Part shown: positions 16,083 through 25,743 of the stretch, piece by piece
Position numbering within the stretch: the stretch's first letter is position 1
Layout of the letters: every line of letters begins with the position of its first letter
Assembly: GCA_002367305.1 (NCBI GenBank)
Contig: DFBG01000006.1
Coordinates: 1-44,960 of the forward strand
Direction: 5' to 3'
DNA: 44,960 nt
DNA from: Actinobacteria bacterium UBA3086
GTDB taxonomy: Bacteria; Actinomycetota; Coriobacteriia; Anaerosomatales; UBA3086
Position numbers and translations under genes: made by a program
Notes under the pieces: model-generated
Told to the model about the DNA's origin: nothing
Database searches by the model: none
What the model saw: only the letters and a program-made list of their open reading frames with translations

Positions 16083-17386
16083 GTGACCTGACGTTTGAGG
16101 AACTGCTCGAGATCAAGCGCGACGGTCATACGTATACAGCTGCGCAGATCGATCGCATCGTCCTTGGATACGCTGACGGCGAGATGCCTGAGTACCAGAT
16201 GTCGGCGTGGCTCATGGCGGCGTATATCAACGGCCTCAATGCCGACGAGACCGTGTGGCTCACCGACGCCATGGTCCGTTCCGGCCGCACGATCGATCTG
16301 AGCTCCATTCCCGGTATCAAGGTGGATAAGCACTCCACCGGCGGGGTCGCGGATACAACCACGCTTGTTCTTGCCCCGCTTGTGGCTGCGTGCGGAGTTC
16401 CCGTGGCGAAGATGAGCGGTCGTGGGCTTGGGCATACTGGAGGCACACTCGACAAACTCGAGTCGATTCCGGGCTTTCGTATCCAGTTGGAGCCCGAGGA
16501 TTTTCTTGCGCAGGTGCGCGACATAGGCGTTGCCGTTATGGCGCAATCTCCCGATATCGATCCCGCCGACAAGATGATGTACGCGCTTCGGGACGTGACA
16601 GCGACCGTCCCCAGTATTCCGCTCATCGTCGGCTCTATCATCTCCAAGAAGATCGCCGGTGGCGCCGACGCGATCGTTCTCGACGTCAAGGTGGGCTCCG
16701 GAGCGTTCATGAAGACCGAGGAGCAAGCGCGCACACTCGCGTCCGAACTGACAAGAGTGGGTCGCGCGCTGGGCCGTGATGTGGTCTGCATCATGAGTGA
16801 CATGGACCAGCCGCTGGGTATGGCCGTGGGCAACTCACTCGAGGTCATCGAAGCGATTGAAACGCTTCGGGGCGAGGGTCCCGCTGCTCTCACTGAGCTC
16901 TGTTACACCTTCGGTTCGCGCATGCTCACCTTGGGCGGAGTCGCGACCGACGACAACATAGCGCGCGGCATGCTGAAGGAGGCGATCGAGACGGGTGCGG
17001 GTCTTGCGGTCTTTGAGCGTTGGATCGAGGCGCAGGGGGGCAATCCGCAGGTTGCGCGTGATACCTCTCTGCTTCCTCTTTCACCGTACTCGCGCGATGT
17101 CACCGTAGGGCATGAGGGTTACATCTCCGGATTCGACACTGAGGGCGTGGGCCGGGCTGCGATGCTTCTGGGGGCGGGTCGTGCCACCAAGGACGATGAC
17201 ATCGATCTCGGCGCGGGACTCATGCTCCACGTTCGCGTCGGCGATCGTGTACATGTGGACACTCCGCTGGCGACTCTCTACGCGGCCAACGAGCGGTTGC
17301 TGGACGCGGGCGAAGAGCGGCTCATGTCAGCATTCCGTGTCAGCGTCACGTCGGTCGTCGCTCCACCGCTGTTCCACGAACTCTGA
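16079..17386 (+). CDS. pdp: Pyrimidine-nucleoside (thymidine) phosphorylase
   Basis: Contains VDKHSTGGVADTTTLVLAPL and KMSGRGLGHTGGTLDKLESIPGF. GTG 16079 (GTGA overlap with deoB, GGAGG 8 nt upstream) is preferred over GTG 16070. Confidence 0.92.
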   Translation: MSDLTFEELLEIKRDGHTYTAAQIDRIVLGYADGEMPEYQMSAWLMAAYINGLNADETVWLTDAMVRSGRTIDLSSIPGIKVDKHSTGGVADTTTLVLAPLVAACGVPVAKMSGRGLGHTGGTLDKLESIPGFRIQLEPEDFLAQVRDIGVAVMAQSPDIDPADKMMYALRDVTATVPSIPLIVGSIISKKIAGGADAIVLDVKVGSGAFMKTEEQARTLASELTRVGRALGRDVVCIMSDMDQPLGMAVGNSLEVIEAIETLRGEGPAALTELCYTFGSRMLTLGGVATDDNIARGMLKEAIETGAGLAVFERWIEAQGGNPQVARDTSLLPLSPYSRDVTVGHEGYISGFDTEGVGRAAMLLGAGRATKDDDIDLGAGLMLHVRVGDRVHVDTPLATLYAANERLLDAGEERLMSAFRVSVTSVVAPPLFHEL

Positions 17387-17408
17387 TTCAGGGGAGGGCG
17401 CATACATC

Positions 17409-20027
17409 GTGCAGATCGTGGTCGGCCATGCCAATCCGGACTTCGATGCCTATGCGTCGACCGTGGCTGCCACAAAGCTGTACGCAGGCGCCCGTGGAGT
17501 CTTCCTGGGCACACAGAACGCAAACGTGCGTGCCTTTCATAACCTCCATCAGGAGTTTTTTGATTTCGTCGATCTCAGGCGTTTGGACAGCGGTGAAGTC
17601 GACCGGTTGATCATGGTGGACACGCGCGATCCGGCGCGAATCGGTGAGATGGGTCCTGTGGCGCTGGATGAGGACGTCGATCTAGTGGTCTACGACCATC
17701 ATCCCCGAGCGGTCGGAGATGTCCAACGGGGGGAGGATCACAGCGCCGATGTGGGCGCCACGACCTCGATCCTCGTCCACGAGATACATAGGCGTGGGAT
17801 CGTTCTGACTCAGCTGGAATCCACCTTGTTCCTTCTGGGCATCCATGAGGACACAGGTTCACTCACGTATCCCGGAGCCACCGCATACGATGCCGAGGCC
17901 GCGGCATTGCTCATGGGCAACGGCGCCGATATGGAGGTCCTGAACCAGTTCCTCAGTCGCACGCTCACACCGGAACAAGAACTTCTTCTAGATCAACTCA
18001 CCGACACGCTCGAGGTCTGGGATGTGAACGGTCAGGGGGTCGCTGTCGGTGTGGCAGAGGCGGACAGCTACGTGGACTCCGCAAGCGTTCTCACGCACTA
18101 CATCGTCGAGGACATGGGATATCGGGTGGCTATCGCCATCGTGCGAATGGGTGAGCGCGTTCAGGTTGTGGCCCGCAGTCGCATGCACGAGGTCGATGTC
18201 GGCACCGTAATGGGACGAATGGGCGGGGGAGGGCACGCTCAAGCCGCGTCAGCCGCCTTCAAAGGCACAGGCGTGCGCGAGGTCCTGGAACTTCTCAAGG
18301 ACGCTCTGCAGGCCGAGGTTCGATCGCCGCTGCTGGCTCACGACATTGCCTCATTCCCGGTTCGCACCATCTCGCCCAACACGACTATGCAGGAGGCGGG
18401 TGAACTCATGGCTCGCTGGGGTCATGGCGGGCTACCCATCTTGGACGATGAGCGTCTTGCTGGTCTTGTCACGCGCAAGGATGTCGACAAGGCCATGCGC
18501 CACGATCTGGGTCACGCCCCCGTCAAAGGCTTCATGGCGCGCGACGTGATCACTCTCTCGCCGGACGCTGACCTGCTCGATCTCGAACGACTTCTGGCCG
18601 AGGAGGGGATCGGTCGCATCCCCATCGTGGAGGATCACGCGATCGTCGGTATTGTGACGCGCAAGGACCTCTTGCGAGCTCAGCACGGCAGCGGCTATCT
18701 GGACAGACGCGGTCCGCGGGTTCGAGAGGACTCCCGTCAGCGACTTCTCCACTCGATAGAGACGCTGCTTCCGCGCGACGTCGTCGATACCCTTCATGCG
18801 TTGGGTAGGCTGGCGGCTGACCAGGGCCTCCGCGCGCACGTGGTCGGCGGATTCGTGCGCGACATGCTGTTGGAGAGGCGCAATCTCGATATCGACATCG
18901 TGGTCGAAGGCGACGGCATCGCGTTCGCACAGAGCGCGGCCGAGGCACTGGAAGGTCGCGTGAAGATCCATCGTCGGTTCGGAACGGCGGTACTCGTGTT
19001 GTCTCGGACCCTTCATGTCGACGTTACGAGCGCTCGATCCGAATACTACACTCGGCCCGGCGCGCTGCCCACGGTGGAGCGATCGAGTCTGAGGCAGGAT
19101 CTGTTCCGTCGCGACTTCTCTATCAATGCCATGGCCGCATGCCTCAACCCTGACTGTTTCGGAGCCGTTGCGGATCCGTTCGGCGGTCTTCGCGACTTGG
19201 GCCGAGGCACCCTCCGCGTGCTTCATTCACTCTCCTTTGTTGAGGACCCGACGCGCGTGCTGCGCGCCGCTCGTTTTGAAAAGCGGTACGGCTTCGACAT
19301 GGATCGTTCGTCGGTGGACCTCTGCGTGCGGGCGATCGAAATGAACATGCTTGGCGAGGTCAGCGGTGCACGGATCCGTGAGGAGATCCTTGACATCATC
19401 GACGAGGACAGCGCCTCGGACATCCTTGCGCGACTGGGAGAGTTGGGTGCACTCGAGGCGATCATGCCTGAGGGATCCGACACCGATGCGGCGGTCATAG
19501 CGGTGCGTGAGGCGTTGCGTATGCACGCTGAGTTGGACACCGAGTTCCCTCGTCGGCCACGCAAACGGGTGACACTCATTGCCGCACTCTGTGCCGGTGC
19601 GGGTGAGGCCGAGTGCGAGCATTGGCTCAAGCGTATGAGGTTCGGGCGCGAGTACGGTCAACCGGCGCTGGCGGTCGCTGCGTATCGAGCGAGGACCAGG
19701 AGACAGTTGGCCGACGGAAGAGGGATGCGGGACAGCAGGCTGCATCACCTGCTCTCATCGGTTCCGGACGAGGCCCTAATCGTTCTACTGGCAATCGCGC
19801 AGGAGCCGGCACGTTCGCGAGTCGAGCGCTATATCACGGTCTTGTCACACGTGGAGCTCGAGGTGAACGGTAATGATCTCGTTGCTTTGGGATTGGAGCC
19901 CTCCGAGGTCTTCTCGGCTATACTCGATCAAGCACTCGATGCGCGCCTCGACGGCCGCGCCGTCGGTAGAGATGCCGAACTCGCCTATCTGGGCAAGCTC
20001 GCCTCGCGACGGAAACCACAGGAATAG
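17409..20027 (+). CDS. DHH/DHHA1 phosphoesterase + tandem CBS + class II tRNA nucleotidyltransferase/poly(A) polymerase-head fusion protein
   Basis: GTG 17409 follows AGGGGAGGG. Contains N-terminal GHANPDFDAYAS and DHH(P), then GGGGHAQAASA (DHHA1), two CBS-like repeats, then VGGFVRDMLLERRNLDIDIVV and RRDFSINAMA. ORF-track bases 17112-17408 overlap pdp and are not coding for this gene. Confidence 0.85.
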   Translation: MQIVVGHANPDFDAYASTVAATKLYAGARGVFLGTQNANVRAFHNLHQEFFDFVDLRRLDSGEVDRLIMVDTRDPARIGEMGPVALDEDVDLVVYDHHPRAVGDVQRGEDHSADVGATTSILVHEIHRRGIVLTQLESTLFLLGIHEDTGSLTYPGATAYDAEAAALLMGNGADMEVLNQFLSRTLTPEQELLLDQLTDTLEVWDVNGQGVAVGVAEADSYVDSASVLTHYIVEDMGYRVAIAIVRMGERVQVVARSRMHEVDVGTVMGRMGGGGHAQAASAAFKGTGVREVLELLKDALQAEVRSPLLAHDIASFPVRTISPNTTMQEAGELMARWGHGGLPILDDERLAGLVTRKDVDKAMRHDLGHAPVKGFMARDVITLSPDADLLDLERLLAEEGIGRIPIVEDHAIVGIVTRKDLLRAQHGSGYLDRRGPRVREDSRQRLLHSIETLLPRDVVDTLHALGRLAADQGLRAHVVGGFVRDMLLERRNLDIDIVVEGDGIAFAQSAAEALEGRVKIHRRFGTAVLVLSRTLHVDVTSARSEYYTRPGALPTVERSSLRQDLFRRDFSINAMAACLNPDCFGAVADPFGGLRDLGRGTLRVLHSLSFVEDPTRVLRAARFEKRYGFDMDRSSVDLCVRAIEMNMLGEVSGARIREEILDIIDEDSASDILARLGELGALEAIMPEGSDTDAAVIAVREALRMHAELDTEFPRRPRKRVTLIAALCAGAGEAECEHWLKRMRFGREYGQPALAVAAYRARTRRQLADGRGMRDSRLHHLLSSVPDEALIVLLAIAQEPARSRVERYITVLSHVELEVNGNDLVALGLEPSEVFSAILDQALDARLDGRAVGRDAELAYLGKLASRRKPQE

Positions 20028-20045
20028 AACAGGATCGTTTCTGCC

Positions 20046-20780
20046 ATGGACCAAGATCTGATCATCAAGGCGATCGCTTTCGCCGTACTCGTTCCGTCGA
20101 TCGTGTTCCATGAGGTCGCTCATGGGTACGTCGCGAATATGTTGGGCGACAACACTGCCAAGGAACGCGGGCGACTCTCGCTCAATCCACTCAAGCATGT
20201 GGACCCCTTCGGCACGATTCTTCTGCCCATGATCATGGTCGCGATGTTCGGCTTTGGCTTTGGGTATGCCAAGCCGGTTCCGATCGATCCTCGCAAGTTC
20301 CGCCCTCGGGCTGTTCGCAAGACCGATGACGGCAGTGCGATCTACGCCATGCCGACCATGGAGAGCCGAGGAGACACGTATCGACGTGGCATGTTCCTCA
20401 CGGGAATTGCGGGACCTATTACCAACCTTGCGCTTGCCGCCGTCGCCGGTGTGCTGTTTCGGGTGCTGTTGGCCACGGGTCTGCCGTATCAGAATGTCGT
20501 CGCGGACTACACGGCTCTCGGACTGTTCTACTTGGCGTACGTGAACCTGGTGCTCATGGCGTTCAACCTGATTCCCTTGCCGCCACTGGATGGATCCCGG
20601 ATCCTGCCGCTGTTCCTGAGTGACAAGGCGCTCATGACCTATCACAAGGTGGAGCGGTACGGTTTCTTGATCCTGTTCGGGATACTCTACTTGGCGCCGC
20701 GTGTCTTGGGATTCGATCCCTTCAACGCGTATTTCGCGGTCACGGTCGATCCTCTGATGAGGTTGTTCGTCGGCCAATGA
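20046..20780 (+). CDS. Site-2 protease family (peptidase M50) membrane metalloprotease
   Basis: Contains HEVAHGY (HExxH), LSLNPLKHVDPFGT and FNLIPLPPLDGSR. Confidence 0.88.
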   Translation: MDQDLIIKAIAFAVLVPSIVFHEVAHGYVANMLGDNTAKERGRLSLNPLKHVDPFGTILLPMIMVAMFGFGFGYAKPVPIDPRKFRPRAVRKTDDGSAIYAMPTMESRGDTYRRGMFLTGIAGPITNLALAAVAGVLFRVLLATGLPYQNVVADYTALGLFYLAYVNLVLMAFNLIPLPPLDGSRILPLFLSDKALMTYHKVERYGFLILFGILYLAPRVLGFDPFNAYFAVTVDPLMRLFVGQ

Positions 20781-20877
20781 TCTCATCGTTCGTGTCGGCA
20801 CGGTGCGGTATCATACGAACGTTCGCACGACAGTACTGACAATGTTGATGCACGCGACACGAGGGGACCTGCCACGC

Positions 20878-21873
20878 ATGGGCAAGAAGCGCATTCTGAC
20901 TGGGTATCGACCAACCGGCCGACTGACCTTGGGACACTGGTTCGGCAATCTCATGAACATGCGCGAGCTGCAGGAGGAGTACGAGGCGTACTATTTCGTC
21001 GCCGACTGGCATGCACTCACCTCTGACTGGCAGGATACGTCGGCCATTCGTCGCTACACCGAGGAGATGGTGCTCGACTGGATCGCGGCAGGCATCGATC
21101 CGGCCAAAGCGACCATCTATCGACAGTCCGATGTGCCTGAGGTCGCTGAGCTCACCATGTATCTCTCAATGGTCACTCCCATGGCGTGGCTTGAGCGTGT
21201 TCCCAGCTACAAGGAGCAGCGCGAGCAGATCACCGAGAAGGACCTGGGCAACCTGGGATTCTTCATCTATCCGCTCATGCAGGCGGCTGACATCACCATC
21301 GTCAAGGGCGACATCGTCCCTGTCGGCGAGGACCAGCTGCCACATCTGGAGCTCACCCGTGAGGTCGTGCGTCGCTTCAACAACGCCTACGGTGACCTGC
21401 TGCCTGAGCCCGATGCAGTCATAGCCAAGCAGGGTGCTCGCGTTCCCGGTACGGACGGTCGCAAGATGTCCAAGTCCTATGGCAACGCGATCTACCTTTC
21501 CGAGACCGCCGAGGAGACCGCCAAGAAGGTCATGAGTATGATGACCGACCCGGCTCGCAAGAGAAAAGACGATCCGGGCGATCCCGACATCTGCCCGCTT
21601 CACGAGATCCACAAGCTCGTCGGCGACCCCGACGTGATCGCAGAGTTCGATTCGTGCTGCCGTGCAGGCTCGTGCGGGTGCGTCATGCACAAGCGCAAGC
21701 TCGTCGAGGATCTCAACGGCTATCTGGCCGAGTTCCGCGCCCGTCGCGCAGAGTTGGCGGCTGATCCCTCTGCCGCGTGGAAGGTGCTGGAGGAGGGCGC
21801 ACAGCGCGTTCGTCCTGCGGTTGAGGAGCTTATGGGCGAGGTTCGTCGGTCAATGCACGTAGACGCCGGCTAG
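20878..21873 (+). CDS. trpS: Tryptophan--tRNA ligase
   Basis: ILTGYRPTGRLTLGHWFG (HIGH-like), VPVGEDQLPHLELTRE and KMSKS. ATG 20878 follows GAGGGGA. Confidence 0.92.
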   Translation: MGKKRILTGYRPTGRLTLGHWFGNLMNMRELQEEYEAYYFVADWHALTSDWQDTSAIRRYTEEMVLDWIAAGIDPAKATIYRQSDVPEVAELTMYLSMVTPMAWLERVPSYKEQREQITEKDLGNLGFFIYPLMQAADITIVKGDIVPVGEDQLPHLELTREVVRRFNNAYGDLLPEPDAVIAKQGARVPGTDGRKMSKSYGNAIYLSETAEETAKKVMSMMTDPARKRKDDPGDPDICPLHEIHKLVGDPDVIAEFDSCCRAGSCGCVMHKRKLVEDLNGYLAEFRARRAELAADPSAAWKVLEEGAQRVRPAVEELMGEVRRSMHVDAG

Positions 21874-21880
21874 GGCCTCC

Positions 21881-22636
21881 ATGTCGTATCGCATCAAGAC
21901 AGATGTGTTCGAGGGTCCGTTCGATCTTCTGTTGCATCTGGTGTCGCGCCAAAAGCTCGATGTGAACGCCATTTCCATCACGGATGTGGCGGATCAGTAC
22001 TTGGAGCACATCGAAAACATGCGCGAACTCGACCTCGATGTCGCAAGTGACTTCCTTCTTCTGGCGGCCACCTTGCTCGAGATCAAAGCTTCCAGTTTGC
22101 TGCCCAAAGAAGAGCAGTACTTTGGCGATGAGCTCGATGATCTCTCACCTCAGGAGGCTCGCGATCTTCTCATCGCGCGCCTGCTGGCGTACAAGCAGTT
22201 CAAGAATGTGGCGGCAGAACTCTCCGCGCGCATGGAATCCGTTGGTCGCATGCATCCTCGTCAGGCGGGTATCGAGCAGCAGTTCCTGGGTCTCATGCCG
22301 GACTATCTCGAGGGCACCACACTTCGCGGGCTCGCGGTTGTGTGTGCAGATCTCATGCACAAGCGCGCGGTGTTCCTTCTGGAGGCCGAGCACGTGGCAT
22401 CTATGCCCATCAGCCTTGAGAAGCACGCTGAGAGCGTAGCGAGGACCCTCAGGAATGAGGGAACGATCAGTTTCCATGCCCTGCTCGGTGACGATCCTGA
22501 TCCCGAGCTGATAGTGGTCACGTTCCTCGCCATTCTCGAACTCTACAAGCGCGGACTCGCCACCCTTCAGCAGGATGAGATCTTCCAGGACATCGTGCTC
22601 ACCAGCAGAACTCCCGATGATGAGGATATGGAGTGA
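21881..22636 (+). CDS. scpA: Segregation and condensation protein A
   Basis: FEGPFDLLLHLVSRQKLDVNAISITDVADQYL is a typical ScpA N-terminus. scpB follows. Confidence 0.9.
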   Translation: MSYRIKTDVFEGPFDLLLHLVSRQKLDVNAISITDVADQYLEHIENMRELDLDVASDFLLLAATLLEIKASSLLPKEEQYFGDELDDLSPQEARDLLIARLLAYKQFKNVAAELSARMESVGRMHPRQAGIEQQFLGLMPDYLEGTTLRGLAVVCADLMHKRAVFLLEAEHVASMPISLEKHAESVARTLRNEGTISFHALLGDDPDPELIVVTFLAILELYKRGLATLQQDEIFQDIVLTSRTPDDEDME

Positions 22637-22640
22637 GATC

Positions 22641-23252
22641 GTGACTGTTTCCGTACAACTCAAAGGTGCCATTGAGGCGCTGCTCTTTGTGTCGGATGAG
22701 CCCGTGTCCATCGCGCGTATCGCACGAGTGTTGGAAAAGGATGAGAAGTCAGTGAGCGCCGCTCTCAGGCAGATCGCTGATGACTATGTGGCTGCTGAGC
22801 GTGGCTTCCAGCTGCGCGAGGTGGCTGGTGGCTGGCGATTCTATACACATCCGGCGCACCACGATCTCATTGAGCAGTACGTGCTCTCGTGGGATACCCG
22901 CAAGCTCTCGCAGGCGGCACTCGAGGCTCTTGCGGTTGTCGCATACCACCAGCCCGTCACGCGTCAGGGTATCAACGCGGTTCGTGGCGTCAACTCAGAG
23001 GGCGTGGTCTCATCGCTCGTGGAGAAATCACTCGTCCGTGAGGTGGGCAAGGACCGCAGTCAGGGTAACGCCATTCTCTACGGTACGACCCGCATGTTCC
23101 TGGAGAAGTTCGGTCTCAAGGACTTGGGCGAGCTACCTCCGCTGGAAGAGTTCGCACCCGATCCCGATGTTGAGAACGCGATCAAGCAGCGCTTGCACAG
23201 TGTTGGCGACGAGAGCGCAACGCAGGATGATGACGTCGAGGAGATCGACTGA
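22641..23252 (+). CDS. scpB: Segregation and condensation protein B
   Basis: Contains GAIEALLFVSDEPVSIARIA, LSQAALEALAVVAYHQPVTRQGINAVRGV and YGTTRMFLEKFGL. The start is GTG 22641, or ATG 22617/22620 overlapping scpA. Confidence 0.88.
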   Translation: MTVSVQLKGAIEALLFVSDEPVSIARIARVLEKDEKSVSAALRQIADDYVAAERGFQLREVAGGWRFYTHPAHHDLIEQYVLSWDTRKLSQAALEALAVVAYHQPVTRQGINAVRGVNSEGVVSSLVEKSLVREVGKDRSQGNAILYGTTRMFLEKFGLKDLGELPPLEEFAPDPDVENAIKQRLHSVGDESATQDDDVEEID

Positions 23253-23256
23253 GCCG

Positions 23257-24027
23257 ATGGTCACAGCTAGTGAGCAGGGGGCGCACGGGGAGCGGATAGT
23301 CCCCATGCGTCTTCAGAAGTTTCTCGCGCGTGCCGGAGTCGCCTCGCGTCGCGGCTCCGAGGATCTCATGACCGCCGGCCGCGTTGCGGTGAACGGCGAG
23401 ATCGTCACCGAGCTCGGTTCCAAGGTGGACCCGCGCGTGGATGTAGTCACGGTTGACGGTGCCGCAGTGGAGTTGGCAGATGGCCCCGTCTATCTTGTGC
23501 TCAACAAGCCAGCGGGCTATCTGACGACCATGGCCGACCCGCAGGGTAGGCCCACCGTTGCCGACATCGTGCCCCGTGAGCCGGCTGGCCTGTTCCCGGT
23601 CGGTCGGCTGGACAAGGATACTACCGGCGTTCTCCTCTTCATGACCGACGGCGATCTGGCCCACCGACTTCTGCATCCCAAGTATCACGTGGAAAAGCGG
23701 TACATCGCCACCGTCGAGGGCGCGCCTTCTGATGGGAATCTCAAGCGTCTCGCCCGTGGCATTGAACTGGACGATGGCCCCACCAAGCCAGCTCGCATTC
23801 GGCGACTCGCCCAGAGCTCTTTGGGCACGTCTGTTGAGATCGTGATCAGCGAGGGTCGCAAACGGCAGGTCAAGCGTATGTTCCTCGCCATCGGTCATCC
23901 CGTGGTTGTTCTGCATAGGGCTTCGTTCGGGCCGGTGGAGTTGGGTGATCTGGCGGAGGGGCTCACTCGTCCTCTCACAGGACGGGAGCTTGAGTCGCTC
24001 AAGGCAGCATCGGTCGGTGGCAAATGA
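23257..24027 (+). CDS. rluB: RsuA/RluB-family rRNA pseudouridine synthase
   Basis: S4 domain (RLQKFLARAGVASRRGSEDLMTAGRVAVNG), catalytic GRLDKDTTGVLL and EGRKRQVKRM. The start is ATG 23257 or ATG 23305. Confidence 0.88.
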   Translation: MVTASEQGAHGERIVPMRLQKFLARAGVASRRGSEDLMTAGRVAVNGEIVTELGSKVDPRVDVVTVDGAAVELADGPVYLVLNKPAGYLTTMADPQGRPTVADIVPREPAGLFPVGRLDKDTTGVLLFMTDGDLAHRLLHPKYHVEKRYIATVEGAPSDGNLKRLARGIELDDGPTKPARIRRLAQSSLGTSVEIVISEGRKRQVKRMFLAIGHPVVVLHRASFGPVELGDLAEGLTRPLTGRELESLKAASVGGK

Positions 24028-24629
24028 GCCTCGTGTTTCTCACCGGCGCTGCGCGGAGCGGCAAGTCGGCCGCAGCGCTATCGCTCGCGCTTCGATCTGA
24101 GACTCCAGTGACGGTGATCGTGTTCGGTCGCGGTGATGACCCTGAGATGCGGGATCGCATCGCTCGGCATCAGGCGGATCGCCCTGCGGGTTGGCGCACT
24201 GTTGAGGCCCACGATGATGAAGCGCTGCTCACCGCTATAGAGTCTGACGACTGCATCCTGTTCGACTGTTTGGGCACGTTCGTGGGGTCCGTTATGGAGT
24301 CCGAGATCACAGAACTGGGTGTAGCGGACGCTTTCGAGGCGGATGTTGTGCCACGGGGTCTCGAAATTCGTGTCGAGGCACGTGTCGATAGGGCGATCGC
24401 GTCGCTTTTGGACCGCACGGGGCGCACGATCGTGGTCTCCAACGAAGTCGGATCCGGTGTCGTTCCCGCTACGTGGAGTGGTCGGTTGTTTCGGGATATC
24501 GTCGGCAGGGCGAATCGCCGATTGGCGAGCGAAGCCGCTGCGGCGTATCTAGTGACCTGCGGCCGGTGTCAGGATCTGGGAGTACTACCTGAGGTCGATG
24601 ATCTGTCGTGGCCTCAGGACATCTTGTGA
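24024..24629 (+). CDS. cobU: Adenosylcobinamide kinase / adenosylcobinamide-phosphate guanylyltransferase
   Basis: P-loop TGAARSGKS, with size and NEVGSGVVP typical of CobU/CobP. ATGA overlap with rluB. Confidence 0.85.
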   Translation: MSLVFLTGAARSGKSAAALSLALRSETPVTVIVFGRGDDPEMRDRIARHQADRPAGWRTVEAHDDEALLTAIESDDCILFDCLGTFVGSVMESEITELGVADAFEADVVPRGLEIRVEARVDRAIASLLDRTGRTIVVSNEVGSGVVPATWSGRLFRDIVGRANRRLASEAAAAYLVTCGRCQDLGVLPEVDDLSWPQDIL

Positions 24630-24672
24630 ACGAGAGCAACGGGCAATAGAGCCCATACCGAATGGAGACCGT

Positions 24673-25743
24673 GTGACTTACGAAGATACACTTGCAGACG
24701 TTATCGCTGATATTCGCGTTCCCGCGCCAGAGTTCCGGGCCCTCGCTTACGACCGGCTGGATCAGCTCACCAAGCCGGTCAAGAGTCTTGGTCGATTGGA
24801 GGAGATCGCTTGTCGGGTCTCTCTTGTGCAGCAGGACGTGAGGCCCAGTGTCGGGCGCAAGGCCATCATTCTCGCGGCTGCAGATCACGGTGTGGTCGCC
24901 GAAGGCGTATCTCCGTTCCCGCAAGAAGTGACCTGGCAGATGGTTGCCAACTTTGCATCCGGTGGAGCTGCCATCAATCACCTCGCTGCATCCGTGGGTG
25001 CGGATCTGCACCTGGTCGATGTTGGAGTAGTGGATGACACTTCATGTCTTGAGGGCGTGCGGCAGGACAAGGTGCGCTCCGGTACGGCCAATATGACAAA
25101 GGGTCCGGCCATGACGCGAGAGGAAGCAGCACAGGCGATCCTCGTCGGCGTGGAAATGACCCGCGAACTCGTTGCTGATGGGGTCAATCTGATCGCTATC
25201 GGCGAGATGGGTATCGGCAACACGACGGCCTCTGCAGCCATGGCTTCCATGCTGTGCCGCCTGTTCCCCGCTGCGGTGATCGGGCGCGGGACAGGCCTCG
25301 ACGATGAGGGAATGCAGCGCAAGGCGCAGGCCATTGCCAAGGCGGTTGAAGTCAACGACATCGATCCCGACGACCCGCTGGGCCTGCTTTCAGCCGTTGG
25401 TGGTCTCGAGATGGCGACGATGGTCGGGGTGGTCCTGGGTGCTGCAGAGCAGAGGGTGTGCGTTATCACCGACGGTTTCATCTCCACAGTGGCCACACTG
25501 ACGGCCGTGAGACTCTGCCCAGCTGCCTTGGATTACGTTCTTCCGTCGCATAGATCGGTTGAGCCTGGTCATACCGTGGTTCTGGACGAACTCGGACTCG
25601 ATCCGATCTTGGAGTTGGACATGCGACTGGGCGAAGGGACGGGAGCTGCACTCGCCATGGGAATCGTCGATGCGGCGTGTCGCATGATGTCTGGTATGGC
25701 GACATTCGCAGAAGCCGGAGTCTCCGGGGAGGACGACTCGTAA
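24673..25743 (+). CDS. cobT: Nicotinate-nucleotide--dimethylbenzimidazole phosphoribosyltransferase
   Basis: Contains LDQLTKPVKSLGRLEEIA, GEMGIGNTT and MRLGEGTGAALA. GTG 24673 follows GGAG. Confidence 0.9.
   Translation: MTYEDTLADVIADIRVPAPEFRALAYDRLDQLTKPVKSLGRLEEIACRVSLVQQDVRPSVGRKAIILAAADHGVVAEGVSPFPQEVTWQMVANFASGGAAINHLAASVGADLHLVDVGVVDDTSCLEGVRQDKVRSGTANMTKGPAMTREEAAQAILVGVEMTRELVADGVNLIAIGEMGIGNTTASAAMASMLCRLFPAAVIGRGTGLDDEGMQRKAQAIAKAVEVNDIDPDDPLGLLSAVGGLEMATMVGVVLGAAEQRVCVITDGFISTVATLTAVRLCPAALDYVLPSHRSVEPGHTVVLDELGLDPILELDMRLGEGTGAALAMGIVDAACRMMSGMATFAEAGVSGEDDS

Noticed and set aside
17112-17408. Long N-terminal extensions in the ORF track (17112-17408, 22780-23256, 33041-33142, 4354-4536, 12346-12540, 38270-38377, 20803-20877).
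   Set aside because: Each extension overlaps the preceding gene or a riboswitch or spacer. Each lacks family-like sequence and is followed by an internal start with a proper SD, where the recognisable protein begins.
20781-20877. A possible T-box leader upstream of trpS.
   Set aside because: The spacer is only 97 nt. I could not find a specifier-loop/T-box core (AGGGTGGTACCGCG-like) or a terminator/antiterminator pair.
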